A stretch of DNA of 64,000 nt from positions 288,001 to 352,000 of the forward strand of contig CAXXVS010000002.1 in the NCBI GenBank assembly GCA_963674755.2, in the 5' to 3' direction. The stretch comes from Desulfobacterales bacterium. GTDB lineage: Bacteria > Desulfobacterota > Desulfobacteria > Desulfobacterales > UBA5852. A program made the translations under genes and the position numbers. Every line of letters starts with the position of its first letter. The stretch's first letter is position 1. The notes beneath the pieces were generated by a model, which did no database searches, was not told the DNA's origin, and saw only the letters and a list, made by a program, of their open reading frames with translations. This document shows positions 9,697 to 17,096 of this stretch, one piece after another.

Positions 9697-9730
9697 GGGC
9701 GTTCTGCCATCAAGGCAGTACGCTCTTTTT
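9697..9730 (+). terminator. Terminator-like hairpin directly upstream of an RBS/microgene
   Basis: GGGCGTTCTGCC-ATCAA-GGCAGTACGCTC-TTTTT; TATAAT at 9673-9678 just upstream. Confidence 0.6.
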
Positions 9731-9754
9731 ACTTATAGAAAGGAGGACACCGAC

Positions 9755-9895
9755 ATGGACCAATTATCAGAGGACGAGTTCCTGTTTATCTGGGAGCCAG
9801 TATTGGGACCAGACGAAGCTTGGTCCGAATACTGCGATTATTGCCTGTATTGTGGCATAGACGAAATAGATTTCGATGAAGATGAGGAGGACTGA
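9755..9895 (+). CDS. 46-aa very acidic peptide (18 D/E, no K/R)
   Basis: RBS AAAGGAGG; MDQLSEDEFLFIWEPVLGPDEAWSEYCDYCLYCGIDEIDFDEDEED. Confidence 0.7.
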   Translation: MDQLSEDEFLFIWEPVLGPDEAWSEYCDYCLYCGIDEIDFDEDEED

Positions 9896-9897
9896 CA

Positions 9898-10032
9898 ATG
9901 TGTGATTTTGATTCCGAGGATTTTCTGTTGGGTTATTTGATTGGTTCTGAACGCGAGGAGGAGATTCCTGATGAGCCGGAGCTGTATAATCCATTCTACG
10001 AGCCGGCCCCAGGTGAGGAAGAGGATGAATAA
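9898..10032 (+). CDS. 44-aa very acidic peptide MCDFDSEDFLLGYLIGSEREEEIPDEPELYNPFYEPAPGEEEDE (not in the ORF track)
   Basis: RBS GAGGAGG; starts 2 nt after the previous stop; 17 D/E vs 1 R. Confidence 0.7.
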   Translation: MCDFDSEDFLLGYLIGSEREEEIPDEPELYNPFYEPAPGEEEDE

Positions 10033-10131
10033 TTTTTTCCGCCGGCGAAGGATTTATTTTACCCTCAAAGAACAGATGCCCAGTTCTCCTACCGATTTTA
10101 TTTTTGTCAGTCCCGAACGTACCCACCAATC

Positions 10132-10245
10132 GCCTGTCATGATCCTTGCTTTGCTTCTTACATAATCGAAACTTGAATATCCGACAGAGCTTCGCTCCAT
10201 CCGATATTCCCGATTATGTAATCAGACGCAAGTATCCCGCCAGGC
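10132..10245. repeat. Long imperfect palindrome B (~114 nt hairpin)
   Basis: GCCTG/CAGGC, CTTGC/GCAAG, TTACATAATCG/CGATTATGTAA, GAATATC/GATATTC, GAGC-TTC-GCTC. Confidence 0.85.
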
Positions 10246-10444
10246 TCCCGCCGTACTCAGTCATCACCGCTTTGCCATTGATGGCCTAACCGCAACAGCA
10301 AATAGCATAGCAACGCCCTTCCATCGTTGTCATCGATTTCTAATTCCGACCAAGTGTGTGTTTGTGGGTACCAGTATGGTGAATATGAGGCATTCCGTCT
10401 CTGATTTTTTATAGGGGGGGGGCATACCCCCATCTATTCCCAAA

Positions 10445-10473
10445 GGCCTCGGCTAACAGCCGGGGCCATTTTT
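10445..10473 (+). terminator. Terminator-like hairpin upstream of an RBS
   Basis: GGCCTCGGCT-AAC-AGCCGGGGCC-ATTTTT. Confidence 0.6.
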
Positions 10474-10494
10474 GTATGGAAAGGAGGTGACAAC

Positions 10495-10707
10495 ATGGCC
10501 CTGCCCACAGAGGACATCATCAACGATGCCCGCAGGGAATGTATGAGCTGCGGCACAGCCCTCAACATCAAAGTGCTTTCCAATGACGCTGGCTCATACA
10601 TCGGCTTCGTATGCCCGCAGTGTGGCCCTTATAGCCGTGAAAGTCGATATTACCCCAGTCGAAAGGATGCCCAGACAGCCTTGAATCTGGGGCATTGGAA
10701 TTGCTGA
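10495..10707 (+). CDS. 70-aa CxxC..CxxC zinc-finger microprotein
   Basis: RBS AAAGGAGGTGA; clear paralogue of 8144-8353. Confidence 0.8.
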   Translation: MALPTEDIINDARRECMSCGTALNIKVLSNDAGSYIGFVCPQCGPYSRESRYYPSRKDAQTALNLGHWNC

Positions 10708-10734
10708 CTATTCACCTGTTCGCATCATCAACGA

Positions 10735-10774
10735 GAAAGCCTGGCTCTGTCGGTCGGGCTTTCGTGTTTCTGGA
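10735..10774 (+). terminator. Hairpin + GTGTTTCTGGA tail upstream of ardC
   Basis: GAAAGCCTGGCT...GGTCGGGCTTTC. Confidence 0.55.
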
Positions 10775-10795
10775 CTCAAAGAAAGGAGAATCATC

Positions 10796-11596
10796 ATGAC
10801 ACCGAAAGTGCGAGAAACCCTGGACAAGATCATTGACCGCTTCAAGAGCGGGGATATCCCTGAAGCAGTTGCCTACACGATGTTCCCTATCCCAGACCTG
10901 CCATCAACACGATGGAGCCTGTTGAACCGGACCTTGATGTTTCTGTCGGGCACGATGGATGCCAGAGGTATCCGGCAATGGAATCAAGCAAACCGTTACG
11001 TGAAGAAGGGAACGAAGGCGATCTATATCCTGGTTCCTTACTTTCGCAAAGTTGACGATGACGGCACAGAACAGCAGGTCATATCGGGATTCGGTGCGAA
11101 ACCGGTATTCCGTGTGGAGGACACCAAGGGTGAACCCTTGGATTATCAGAGCATGGAGCTACCGGACCTACCGTTGATCGAACGGGCAGAGGAATGGGGC
11201 ATTTCTGTGAAAGCGGCCCCAGGCAATTACCGCTATTACGGCTATTATTCATGGGATCGTAAGGAAATCGCCATCGCTACCAGTCAGGAATGTGTCTTTT
11301 TTCACGAGTTGGCTCATTCAGCTCATCACATTATCAAGGGTAATCTCAAGCCCGGCCAAGATCCGTTTCAGGAAATCGTAGCCGAGCTTTCAGCCCAGGC
11401 CCTTGCCCTAATGGTAGGGAAATCCGCAGAGGACACCACCGGCAACGGCTACCGCTATATTGGACGCTACGCCGAGAAGGCCGGCATGGGTGTTCACGCC
11501 GCCTGTCTCAAGGTGATGGGTGATACCGAGAAGGTACTGAACCTAATTCTCAATGGTGACACAAGAGGGAAAGAAGATGCCCAGAAGGCCGCGTGA
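10796..11596 (+). CDS. ardC: ArdC-family antirestriction / ssDNA-binding protein with a zincin-like domain
   Basis: WSLLN, RQWNQANRYVKKGTKAIYILVP, VFRVEDT (ArdC N-term); HELAH and EIVAE metalloprotease-like motifs. Confidence 0.8.
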   Translation: MTPKVRETLDKIIDRFKSGDIPEAVAYTMFPIPDLPSTRWSLLNRTLMFLSGTMDARGIRQWNQANRYVKKGTKAIYILVPYFRKVDDDGTEQQVISGFGAKPVFRVEDTKGEPLDYQSMELPDLPLIERAEEWGISVKAAPGNYRYYGYYSWDRKEIAIATSQECVFFHELAHSAHHIIKGNLKPGQDPFQEIVAELSAQALALMVGKSAEDTTGNGYRYIGRYAEKAGMGVHAACLKVMGDTEKVLNLILNGDTRGKEDAQKAA

Positions 11597-11664
11597 GGCT
11601 TTCTGATTGGACGCTATTTGGGACTTCCTTGTCGAGGAATAGCAGTTATTGGATTGAATGTTGG

Positions 11665-11705
11665 GGCTCCCTACCGGCTTCTTATGGGCCGAGGGAGCCT
11701 TTTTT
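11665..11705 (+). terminator. Terminator-like hairpin upstream of an RBS
   Basis: GGCTCCCT..CGGC...GCCG-AGGGAGCC-TTTTTT. Confidence 0.65.
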
Positions 11706-11723
11706 ATTTGAAAGGAGAAGTAA

Positions 11724-11894
11724 ATGAAAATCGTATGTGGGTGGTGTGGTGCCGGTATGGGAGAGAAAGAATGTTCTGGTCCCGACAACGGTCTGGTCAG
11801 TCATAGCATCTGCGAACGGTGCCGTAAGGATGCCATGGCCGAGTTGGAAGGTAAAGGTGCCGACCGAGAAAAAAACGGGATCTGCTTTGCCTGA
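11724..11894 (+). CDS. 56-aa zinc-finger microprotein MKIVCGWCGAGMGEKECSGPDNGLVSHSICERCRKDAMAEL... (not in the ORF track)
   Basis: RBS AAAGGAG; CxWC...SHxICxxC motif. Confidence 0.75.
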   Translation: MKIVCGWCGAGMGEKECSGPDNGLVSHSICERCRKDAMAELEGKGADREKNGICFA

Positions 11895-11928
11895 AAACGA
11901 CTGAATAGAGCCTGTATCAAACAATAAC

Positions 11929-11972
11929 AAGCCCTGCTGGATTCAATCCGGCGGGGCTTTTGTGTTTCTGGA
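11929..11972 (+). terminator. Hairpin + TTTTGTGTTTCTGGA tail running into an RBS
   Basis: AAGCCCTGCTGGAT-TCA-ATCCGGCGGGGCTT-TT. Confidence 0.65.
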
Positions 11973-11979
11973 GGATGCT

Positions 11980-12171
11980 ATGACCAAGGAAGCAGAAGCG
12001 AAATACGAGGAATCCGAGAGTTTGCGGAAATTATTGGATAAGAATCTTACTGGCCGGAAATTTCGTTTGGACTGCGGCCACCATGTGACCTTCGGCCACA
12101 ATCTGGGAAACGACATCACGATATACAACGGTAAACGGTTCGAAATCATTTGTTCGCTCTGCGGACACTAA
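11980..12171 (+). CDS. 63-aa CGHH..CxxC zinc-binding microprotein
   Basis: RBS GGAGG; LDCGHH...ICSLCG. Confidence 0.7.
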   Translation: MTKEAEAKYEESESLRKLLDKNLTGRKFRLDCGHHVTFGHNLGNDITIYNGKRFEIICSLCGH

Positions 12172-12242
12172 AACTCAAATGGACACCATAGGCTATTCAA
12201 TCCTAATAGGCTACGGTGTCCAAGTTACCAAGGAGGCTGACT

Positions 12243-12434
12243 ATGTGTGACGATTTCATGGATGACTTTGACGATCCTTGCAAGGATAGCGGCTGGGATG
12301 GCCTGGAATGGCAGGACTGGATGATTGTCGGGCCTTTATCAGAGGACAAAGTCAGAGAAAAGCGAGAGCGAGATAGGGTTGAACGCGAGATGATTGGCGA
12401 TGACGATTACTGGGGCCTCATTAACAAGCCATGA
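12243..12434 (+). CDS. 63-aa Asp/Trp-rich acidic microprotein
   Basis: RBS AAGGAGG; preceded by a hairpin at 12180-12222; starts MCDDF, like the 9898 peptide (MCDF). Confidence 0.7.
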   Translation: MCDDFMDDFDDPCKDSGWDGLEWQDWMIVGPLSEDKVREKRERDRVEREMIGDDDYWGLINKP

Positions 12435-12439
12435 TATCC

Positions 12440-12466
12440 TTCGCCCTGACCGTCCGCATCGACCAA
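12440..12466 (+). repeat. Triple 9-bp motif TTCGCCCTG-ACCGTCCGC-ATCGACCAA
   Basis: Degenerate match to the 16005 and 19136 copies. Confidence 0.65.
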
Positions 12467-12499
12467 AAAAGAACCCCGCTACCAAATGGTAACGGGGCC
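12465..12499 (-). terminator. Intrinsic terminator of the PEP-CTERM gene
   Basis: Minus strand CCCCGTTACCA-TT-TGGTAGCGGGG-TTCTTTTTT. Confidence 0.7.
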
Positions 12500-12532
12500 T
12501 TCCCTCCTAAAGCGAAGCCTCAATGCCTGCTA

Positions 12533-13258
12533 CTATTTCTTTAACAGCTTTTTGCGGCCCATTCCGGCTAAACCGACAAGCCCTAAACCCATAAGGACGA
12601 TTGTGGAAGGTTCGGGGACTGGAGTAGAATCATACATTTGAAATGCTAAATCATGCATAAACGTCCCAGTCCAATTTACTGGTGTACCAACATTGCTTTG
12701 TCTACTATAGTGAGTGTCATCAAAACCATCATCAATACTTCTAAGCCAAACCCAATGATCTGTTAGGTCGTTTGGCGTGGCTGAGTTATTTACGATCGAT
12801 AATAAATATAATGTATTTGAATTTAGAACCACTGGGTCCAATACTGAAAAGTATTCAAAATTGGTAGAATTTTGAGTAACTGCCTGCCTGCTTACTGACT
12901 GGGGTTGATAACTGTAAAATGGGTTTGTATCCGGGATTCCATTATTAAGGTCAAAAATATTAATAGTGAAGTCATTTTCCTTATACAGATCACCACCAAC
13001 ATTAAATCCCCACCATCTGATGCTCGCAAGTGTGGAGTTGCTTGACAACTCGAACGTGTCTCCAGCTTGTACATACCAAGTATAGCCGTCTTTCGTGTAG
13101 GCGTCATAGTCGCTAGACATACCACTATTTTCAAGTTCCGCACCATTATCAAAAATAATTGTAGAAAATGCGACTCCTGTATTGCATAAAATGAAAGTTA
13201 AAGAAGCTACTAGAGAAAATAAGCAAACGTTTAGCCATTTCTTTTTTCCATATTCCAT
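12533..13258 (-). CDS. PEP-CTERM sorting domain surface protein
   Basis: Signal peptide; C-terminal VPEPSTIVLMGLGLVGLAGMGRKK. Confidence 0.9.
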   Translation of the reverse strand: MEYGKKKWLNVCLFSLVASLTFILCNTGVAFSTIIFDNGAELENSGMSSDYDAYTKDGYTWYVQAGDTFELSSNSTLASIRWWGFNVGGDLYKENDFTINIFDLNNGIPDTNPFYSYQPQSVSRQAVTQNSTNFEYFSVLDPVVLNSNTLYLLSIVNNSATPNDLTDHWVWLRSIDDGFDDTHYSRQSNVGTPVNWTGTFMHDLAFQMYDSTPVPEPSTIVLMGLGLVGLAGMGRKKLLKK

Positions 13259-13444
13259 CTAAGTCCTCCTTTCTATGATAATATATAACGTATCACTAGT
13301 GTCTGGCTAAAATGTTTTTAAAATTGCCAAAAGTTGCTGTAATTAAACATAAAAGCATCACTTTCTAGTGGGCAACCTCTTGATTTCGAAACGATAGCCC
13401 CATAAATTACTTCGCAGAGCGAAATTGTGAGGGGAGGATATCCA

Positions 13445-13545
13445 AGGCAACTCGGCTTTCTCCCATAGGTCCGTGGCTATCGCACCTGAGATGCTCGTGG
13501 TTTTCCGTCCCCTCCTCACAGCAGGTTTGGCTTCTTCTTGCTCAA
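13445..13545 (-). ncRNA. c-di-GMP-I (GEMM-I) riboswitch with a duplicated/extended P3
   Basis: Minus strand GCCAAACCTGCT-GTGA-GGAGG-GGACGGAAA-ACCACG...AGCCACGG...AGCCGAGTTGCC follows the GEMM-I pattern (AAACC, GNRA loop, GGACGGAAA, AGCCGRGTTGCC); lies in the leader of the 241-aa PEP-CTERM gene. Confidence 0.75.
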
Positions 13546-13567
13546 GAAATATTGTATGGAAACAGCT

Positions 13568-15604
13568 TTACTGCTTGATTCTTTTCCGGCCATAACCTGC
13601 CAAACCCACAAGACCTAAACCCATGAGAAGGATGGTAGAAGGTTCTGGAACTGGGGCTGTGCTGTTATTGCCCAGGTATTCAAAATTTCCCGCATAGAAA
13701 CTCGCATTCGCATCGCCTACACTGTTCAGAGTTAAGAAGAATCCATTTGCCATACCAGCATAATCTGAGATGTCTATTAATGCAGTAAGCAGGGTACCTT
13801 CAAGGAAATCGCTAATTACCATTGACCATAGCAGGTCGCTGCCAAAGTGAGCTGTTATCCAGTCGCCATCTCCCCCATTTTCAACCATCCAATCAAATGC
13901 AAGCCATTCGGCTTCGAGAGGTGTTTCTAAAAAGAATTTAAGCGAAACTGGTGATGCCTCCTCAAGCAAAAAACCATTAAATGTGTATGTATCATAGCCT
14001 GGCAAGCTTGCCACCTCAATTGCCGTGCCTATAGCATTCTCATATTCAGCACTTACAGGAACTGCCCATTGACTTCCACCGGCATTTGAAAAATCATCTC
14101 CAGGTCGATCATCGTAGGTGGTGAGAAGAGGAGTAATCCAATCATCAAATTCGTGATTGTAAGGCCAAATATCCAAGCCTATCGGATTCGTATCAGCATC
14201 GTCGCCATGTAGAATTAGATCGGGATAGAATTTTTTTGCTACATTTGTATGCCAATAGTCAACAGCTTGATCTAATCCAGAACCATCTAATGGCTCACCA
14301 TAGGCTTCAACAACATCTGGTGTTAAAATACTATTCAGGCCATAATAGTTGTCTAAATAGTCTACGTTGTTCGAAAGGTTGTTTATAAACCAGTCAGAGT
14401 CTAGACCTGGTGCGAAATTTACTCCAAGTACAATTGGGGCGTCAGTTGGGGCATCAAGGGTAGTGAATTGAACAGTGCCGTAATTTTCCATAAAACCTAT
14501 ATCTTCTAAATATCTTGTCGCCAAACCATTCACTACGGTTCCATAACTATGCCCAATAAAATGAAGATCTTGTTCATAGTCATCTCCCAAAATAGTACTT
14601 AAAGCATTGCCTAGTAGAACCCCAGCAGAATCTGCATTGTTTCGAGCTTGCCGTGATCCTACAATCAATAACTCGTCATCGACGGGGATACTACCAGTGC
14701 TCATTCCGCCAGTGTAGGCTCCTTCCCACTCAAAAGCGATGATGTTTGCTTTTAATGAGGCATTTTCAGCAAAAAGCCGATCTCCAATGGCAAGGATAAT
14801 GTTCTCTTGGCTAACCGGCATATCTTGGTTTTCAAATCCATCCCAAGTAAGAGCATCTAAATAATCTTTATCATTTTGCCATCCATGAGTAACAATATAG
14901 GTCGGTGCATTTGGGTCAAATTTATCCTGTTCGCGTTCACCGGTTGTGTTATCGACAAAATAGGTGGTTGTTCGAGAAGAAAGTCCCGGGTTAGTTAATT
15001 GATCTCCAACTAGAAACGGCATATCAGCCTCTACACCTGGCGTTGCAGAGCCAAAAGTTATATTATCGAAGCCAATTTGATTTACGGTTCCGCCAAAATC
15101 TATTGATCTAGCCGTACCGGAAATCGGGACACCTACATTAATAAAAGGACTGAAGGCTCCATTTGGATCGCCACCATCTGACGGGGTAACCGGCAAGGAA
15201 ATATTGCTAAGGACATTACCAGTTGCATTGAGACCGTCATAAACAACTATTGATCCGGGAGTATTAACCGCACTATACGAAAAAGAAAAACCCGTATTAA
15301 ATCCAGCTGGTGAATTAAGGACTGCTGATCCCTCCAAAAAATACATAACGGTGTCTGGACTCGGCTCACCACCAAAATTGCCTGTTCCCCCAGCATCGGC
15401 ATCGATGATAGCTAAAGCGTTGGATCCAAAACTTATGTCATAATCAGTGCCTGGCCCGCTTCCAAAACTACCTGTACCACCGTTATAATATTCTAAAATT
15501 TGTTCTTGATCTTGAAGACCTTCAAAATCCAAAACAGTAGCCGATTGAACAGTTCCAAACCATAAAAATACAGCAAGTAAAGGCATTAAATATTTCATTC
15601 CCAT
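13568..15604 (-). CDS. PEP-CTERM surface protein with a central alpha/beta-hydrolase (lipase-like) domain
   Basis: Signal peptide; THGW oxyanion motif, IGHSYG nucleophile elbow, LDAP; C-terminal VPEPSTILLMGLGLVGLAGYGRKR; RBS AGGAGA. Confidence 0.85.
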   Translation of the reverse strand: MGMKYLMPLLAVFLWFGTVQSATVLDFEGLQDQEQILEYYNGGTGSFGSGPGTDYDISFGSNALAIIDADAGGTGNFGGEPSPDTVMYFLEGSAVLNSPAGFNTGFSFSYSAVNTPGSIVVYDGLNATGNVLSNISLPVTPSDGGDPNGAFSPFINVGVPISGTARSIDFGGTVNQIGFDNITFGSATPGVEADMPFLVGDQLTNPGLSSRTTTYFVDNTTGEREQDKFDPNAPTYIVTHGWQNDKDYLDALTWDGFENQDMPVSQENIILAIGDRLFAENASLKANIIAFEWEGAYTGGMSTGSIPVDDELLIVGSRQARNNADSAGVLLGNALSTILGDDYEQDLHFIGHSYGTVVNGLATRYLEDIGFMENYGTVQFTTLDAPTDAPIVLGVNFAPGLDSDWFINNLSNNVDYLDNYYGLNSILTPDVVEAYGEPLDGSGLDQAVDYWHTNVAKKFYPDLILHGDDADTNPIGLDIWPYNHEFDDWITPLLTTYDDRPGDDFSNAGGSQWAVPVSAEYENAIGTAIEVASLPGYDTYTFNGFLLEEASPVSLKFFLETPLEAEWLAFDWMVENGGDGDWITAHFGSDLLWSMVISDFLEGTLLTALIDISDYAGMANGFFLTLNSVGDANASFYAGNFEYLGNNSTAPVPEPSTILLMGLGLVGLAGYGRKRIKQ

Positions 15605-15817
15605 AATTCTCCTTTCAATATGAATTCGATAAAAATCCAAATATCAAGAACAAGACGCATAAGAATAGCCGCTTGGACATTAGACCTCCTACTGGTGGGG
15701 TAATTGGGATTTGTAGCTTGTGAATGCCGACAACAAGCATTCATGAAATGCCATCAGTTTTGAATTTTCGCCGGCAGAGAGCCATTGCGGCCCAAGGTAG
15801 GATTCTCTGGTGTACTC

Positions 15818-15833
15818 TGCAAAAAATGAGCCG
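15818..15833 (-). promoter_or_regulatory. Putative sigma-54 (-24/-12) promoter for the PEP-CTERM genes
   Basis: CGGC-TCATTTT-TTGCA fits YGGC-N7-TTGC; PEP-CTERM genes are commonly sigma-54 dependent. Confidence 0.55.
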
Positions 15834-16004
15834 TATTTAGTAAGTGTTATCGTTTTCAGAATTCGGAAATTATCATGGCAGGATAATCACCATCTAAATA
15901 TTTTTGCCATGCCTAATTATGAATTCAGTTTCACAATCATTCTTGCCCTGATGGGTACTTGGTTACCCATTATGGTCCAAGTTTCCGTGTTATCCTACGG
16001 ACCT

Positions 16005-16048
16005 ATCGCCCACACCGTCCCCATCGTCTAACCTTATAAAATTTTGAG
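16005..16048 (+). repeat. Triple 9-bp motif ATCGCCCAC-ACCGTCCCC-ATCGTCTAA plus AT-rich tail; close copy of 19136-19179
   Basis: Read directly. Confidence 0.8.
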
Positions 16049-16157
16049 TTCTGTTTGAGCTGGCCTCAGAGGAAGCCAGGCCCCCACCTGAATTAGCTAA
16101 CCTCCTTACCAGTAAGGGATCACCTGTCCCAGAAATCAAATTCCAGGGAGGTTAGAA

Positions 16158-16436
16158 ATGAAGCATCCTACTTACAGCATTGGTGATGTCGCCAATATGA
16201 CCGGCGTCACCCGAAAACAAATCCGTAATTGGGAATCCAGGGGCTACATTCCCGAAGCGGATCGCGTCGTATCAGGCAGTCGTGCCTACCGCAGGTTTTC
16301 CCTGCATCAGATTGAATTGATTGCCGGTATCAAGGCCCTTCTTGATAAGGGTTATACTTTGCCCGCCGCCGCCAAAACCGCCTCAACCTGCAACCTTCAG
16401 CCAAGAAAGGAATCCATGCCAGGCGGTATTGATTAG
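16158..16436 (+). CDS. MerR-family HTH protein (possible excisionase/regulator)
   Basis: YSIGDVANMTGVTRKQIRNWESRGYI...YRRFS. Confidence 0.85.
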   Translation: MKHPTYSIGDVANMTGVTRKQIRNWESRGYIPEADRVVSGSRAYRRFSLHQIELIAGIKALLDKGYTLPAAAKTASTCNLQPRKESMPGGID

Positions 16437-17056
16437 TGGTCTTCGAAAATGAAGTGCTGGTGGAATCATACCGGCTGATTTACCGATTCATCTATCAAGG
16501 CGGCAAAATCTGGATGAACGGAGCTATTCAGAAGCGGGTGAAGTGGCTGTATCACAAATATGGAATGACCCGTAAAGAGGTCATTGAATACATCAAATGG
16601 AAATACAAGGGACAGCAGAAGCACCGGAAGTTCAACCCCGAGAAATCGTGCCTGGAAACCTACGTCCTGAATTTCACCTATTTCACCTTGTTGTCCCTGG
16701 TCCGTCAGTGCAAAAAACACGATATCGGCAACGAAAAGGAAATCTTATTCTCGGATTTGGTCGATCACGAACCGATAAAAAAGACTGGTGCTTCCCTTGA
16801 TCCTTATGAAAGGCAGGCTATTGAAGGGCTTATTGACCAGGAAAATCCCGAGGACGTCCTGATCGGAAGTGAGCTGATGGAGTTGGCCAGGAGCCACATC
16901 GGCAAGGACGACCTGGCCGTGATCATCGGATTACGGGATAAAAGTGCTGAGGCAAGGAGGCTTGGCCTAAATTACGACACCTACCGGAAACGGCTGCAAC
17001 GTAAACTGAGCCGGTTCAGATCCCTTCTCAATGATGCCGGCTACGACATCGATTAA
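16436..17056 (+). CDS. Sigma-factor-like protein (region-2-like FNPEKS..ETY; C-terminal HTH)
   Basis: KFNPEKSCLETYV and SAEARRLGLNYDTYRKRLQR; coupled to the MerR gene. Confidence 0.5.
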   Translation: MVFENEVLVESYRLIYRFIYQGGKIWMNGAIQKRVKWLYHKYGMTRKEVIEYIKWKYKGQQKHRKFNPEKSCLETYVLNFTYFTLLSLVRQCKKHDIGNEKEILFSDLVDHEPIKKTGASLDPYERQAIEGLIDQENPEDVLIGSELMELARSHIGKDDLAVIIGLRDKSAEARRLGLNYDTYRKRLQRKLSRFRSLLNDAGYDID

Positions 17057-17068
17057 ACCTCCAAGCAC

Positions 17069-17096
17069 GAAGGGCTCACCACGTGGCGAGCCCTTC
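17069..17096 (+). terminator. Hairpin after the sigma-like gene
   Basis: GAAGGGCTC...GAGCCCTTC. Confidence 0.5.

Noticed and set aside
10414..10422. G9 tract as a phase-variation switch
   Set aside because: Intergenic, with no clear promoter elements around it; a single tract is not enough evidence
5000..12222. Hairpin array as integron attC cassettes
   Set aside because: The hairpins lack RYYYAAC/GTTRRRY ends, lie before rather than after genes, and the integrase is a phage-type arm-binding enzyme with no IntI insertion visible
13445..13545. 3',3'-cGAMP (GEMM-Ib) specificity
   Set aside because: The discriminator position is G rather than A
15660..15800. Second riboswitch upstream of the large PEP-CTERM gene
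   Set aside because: Only a short TGAATGC/GCATTCA hairpin; no recognisable aptamer motif
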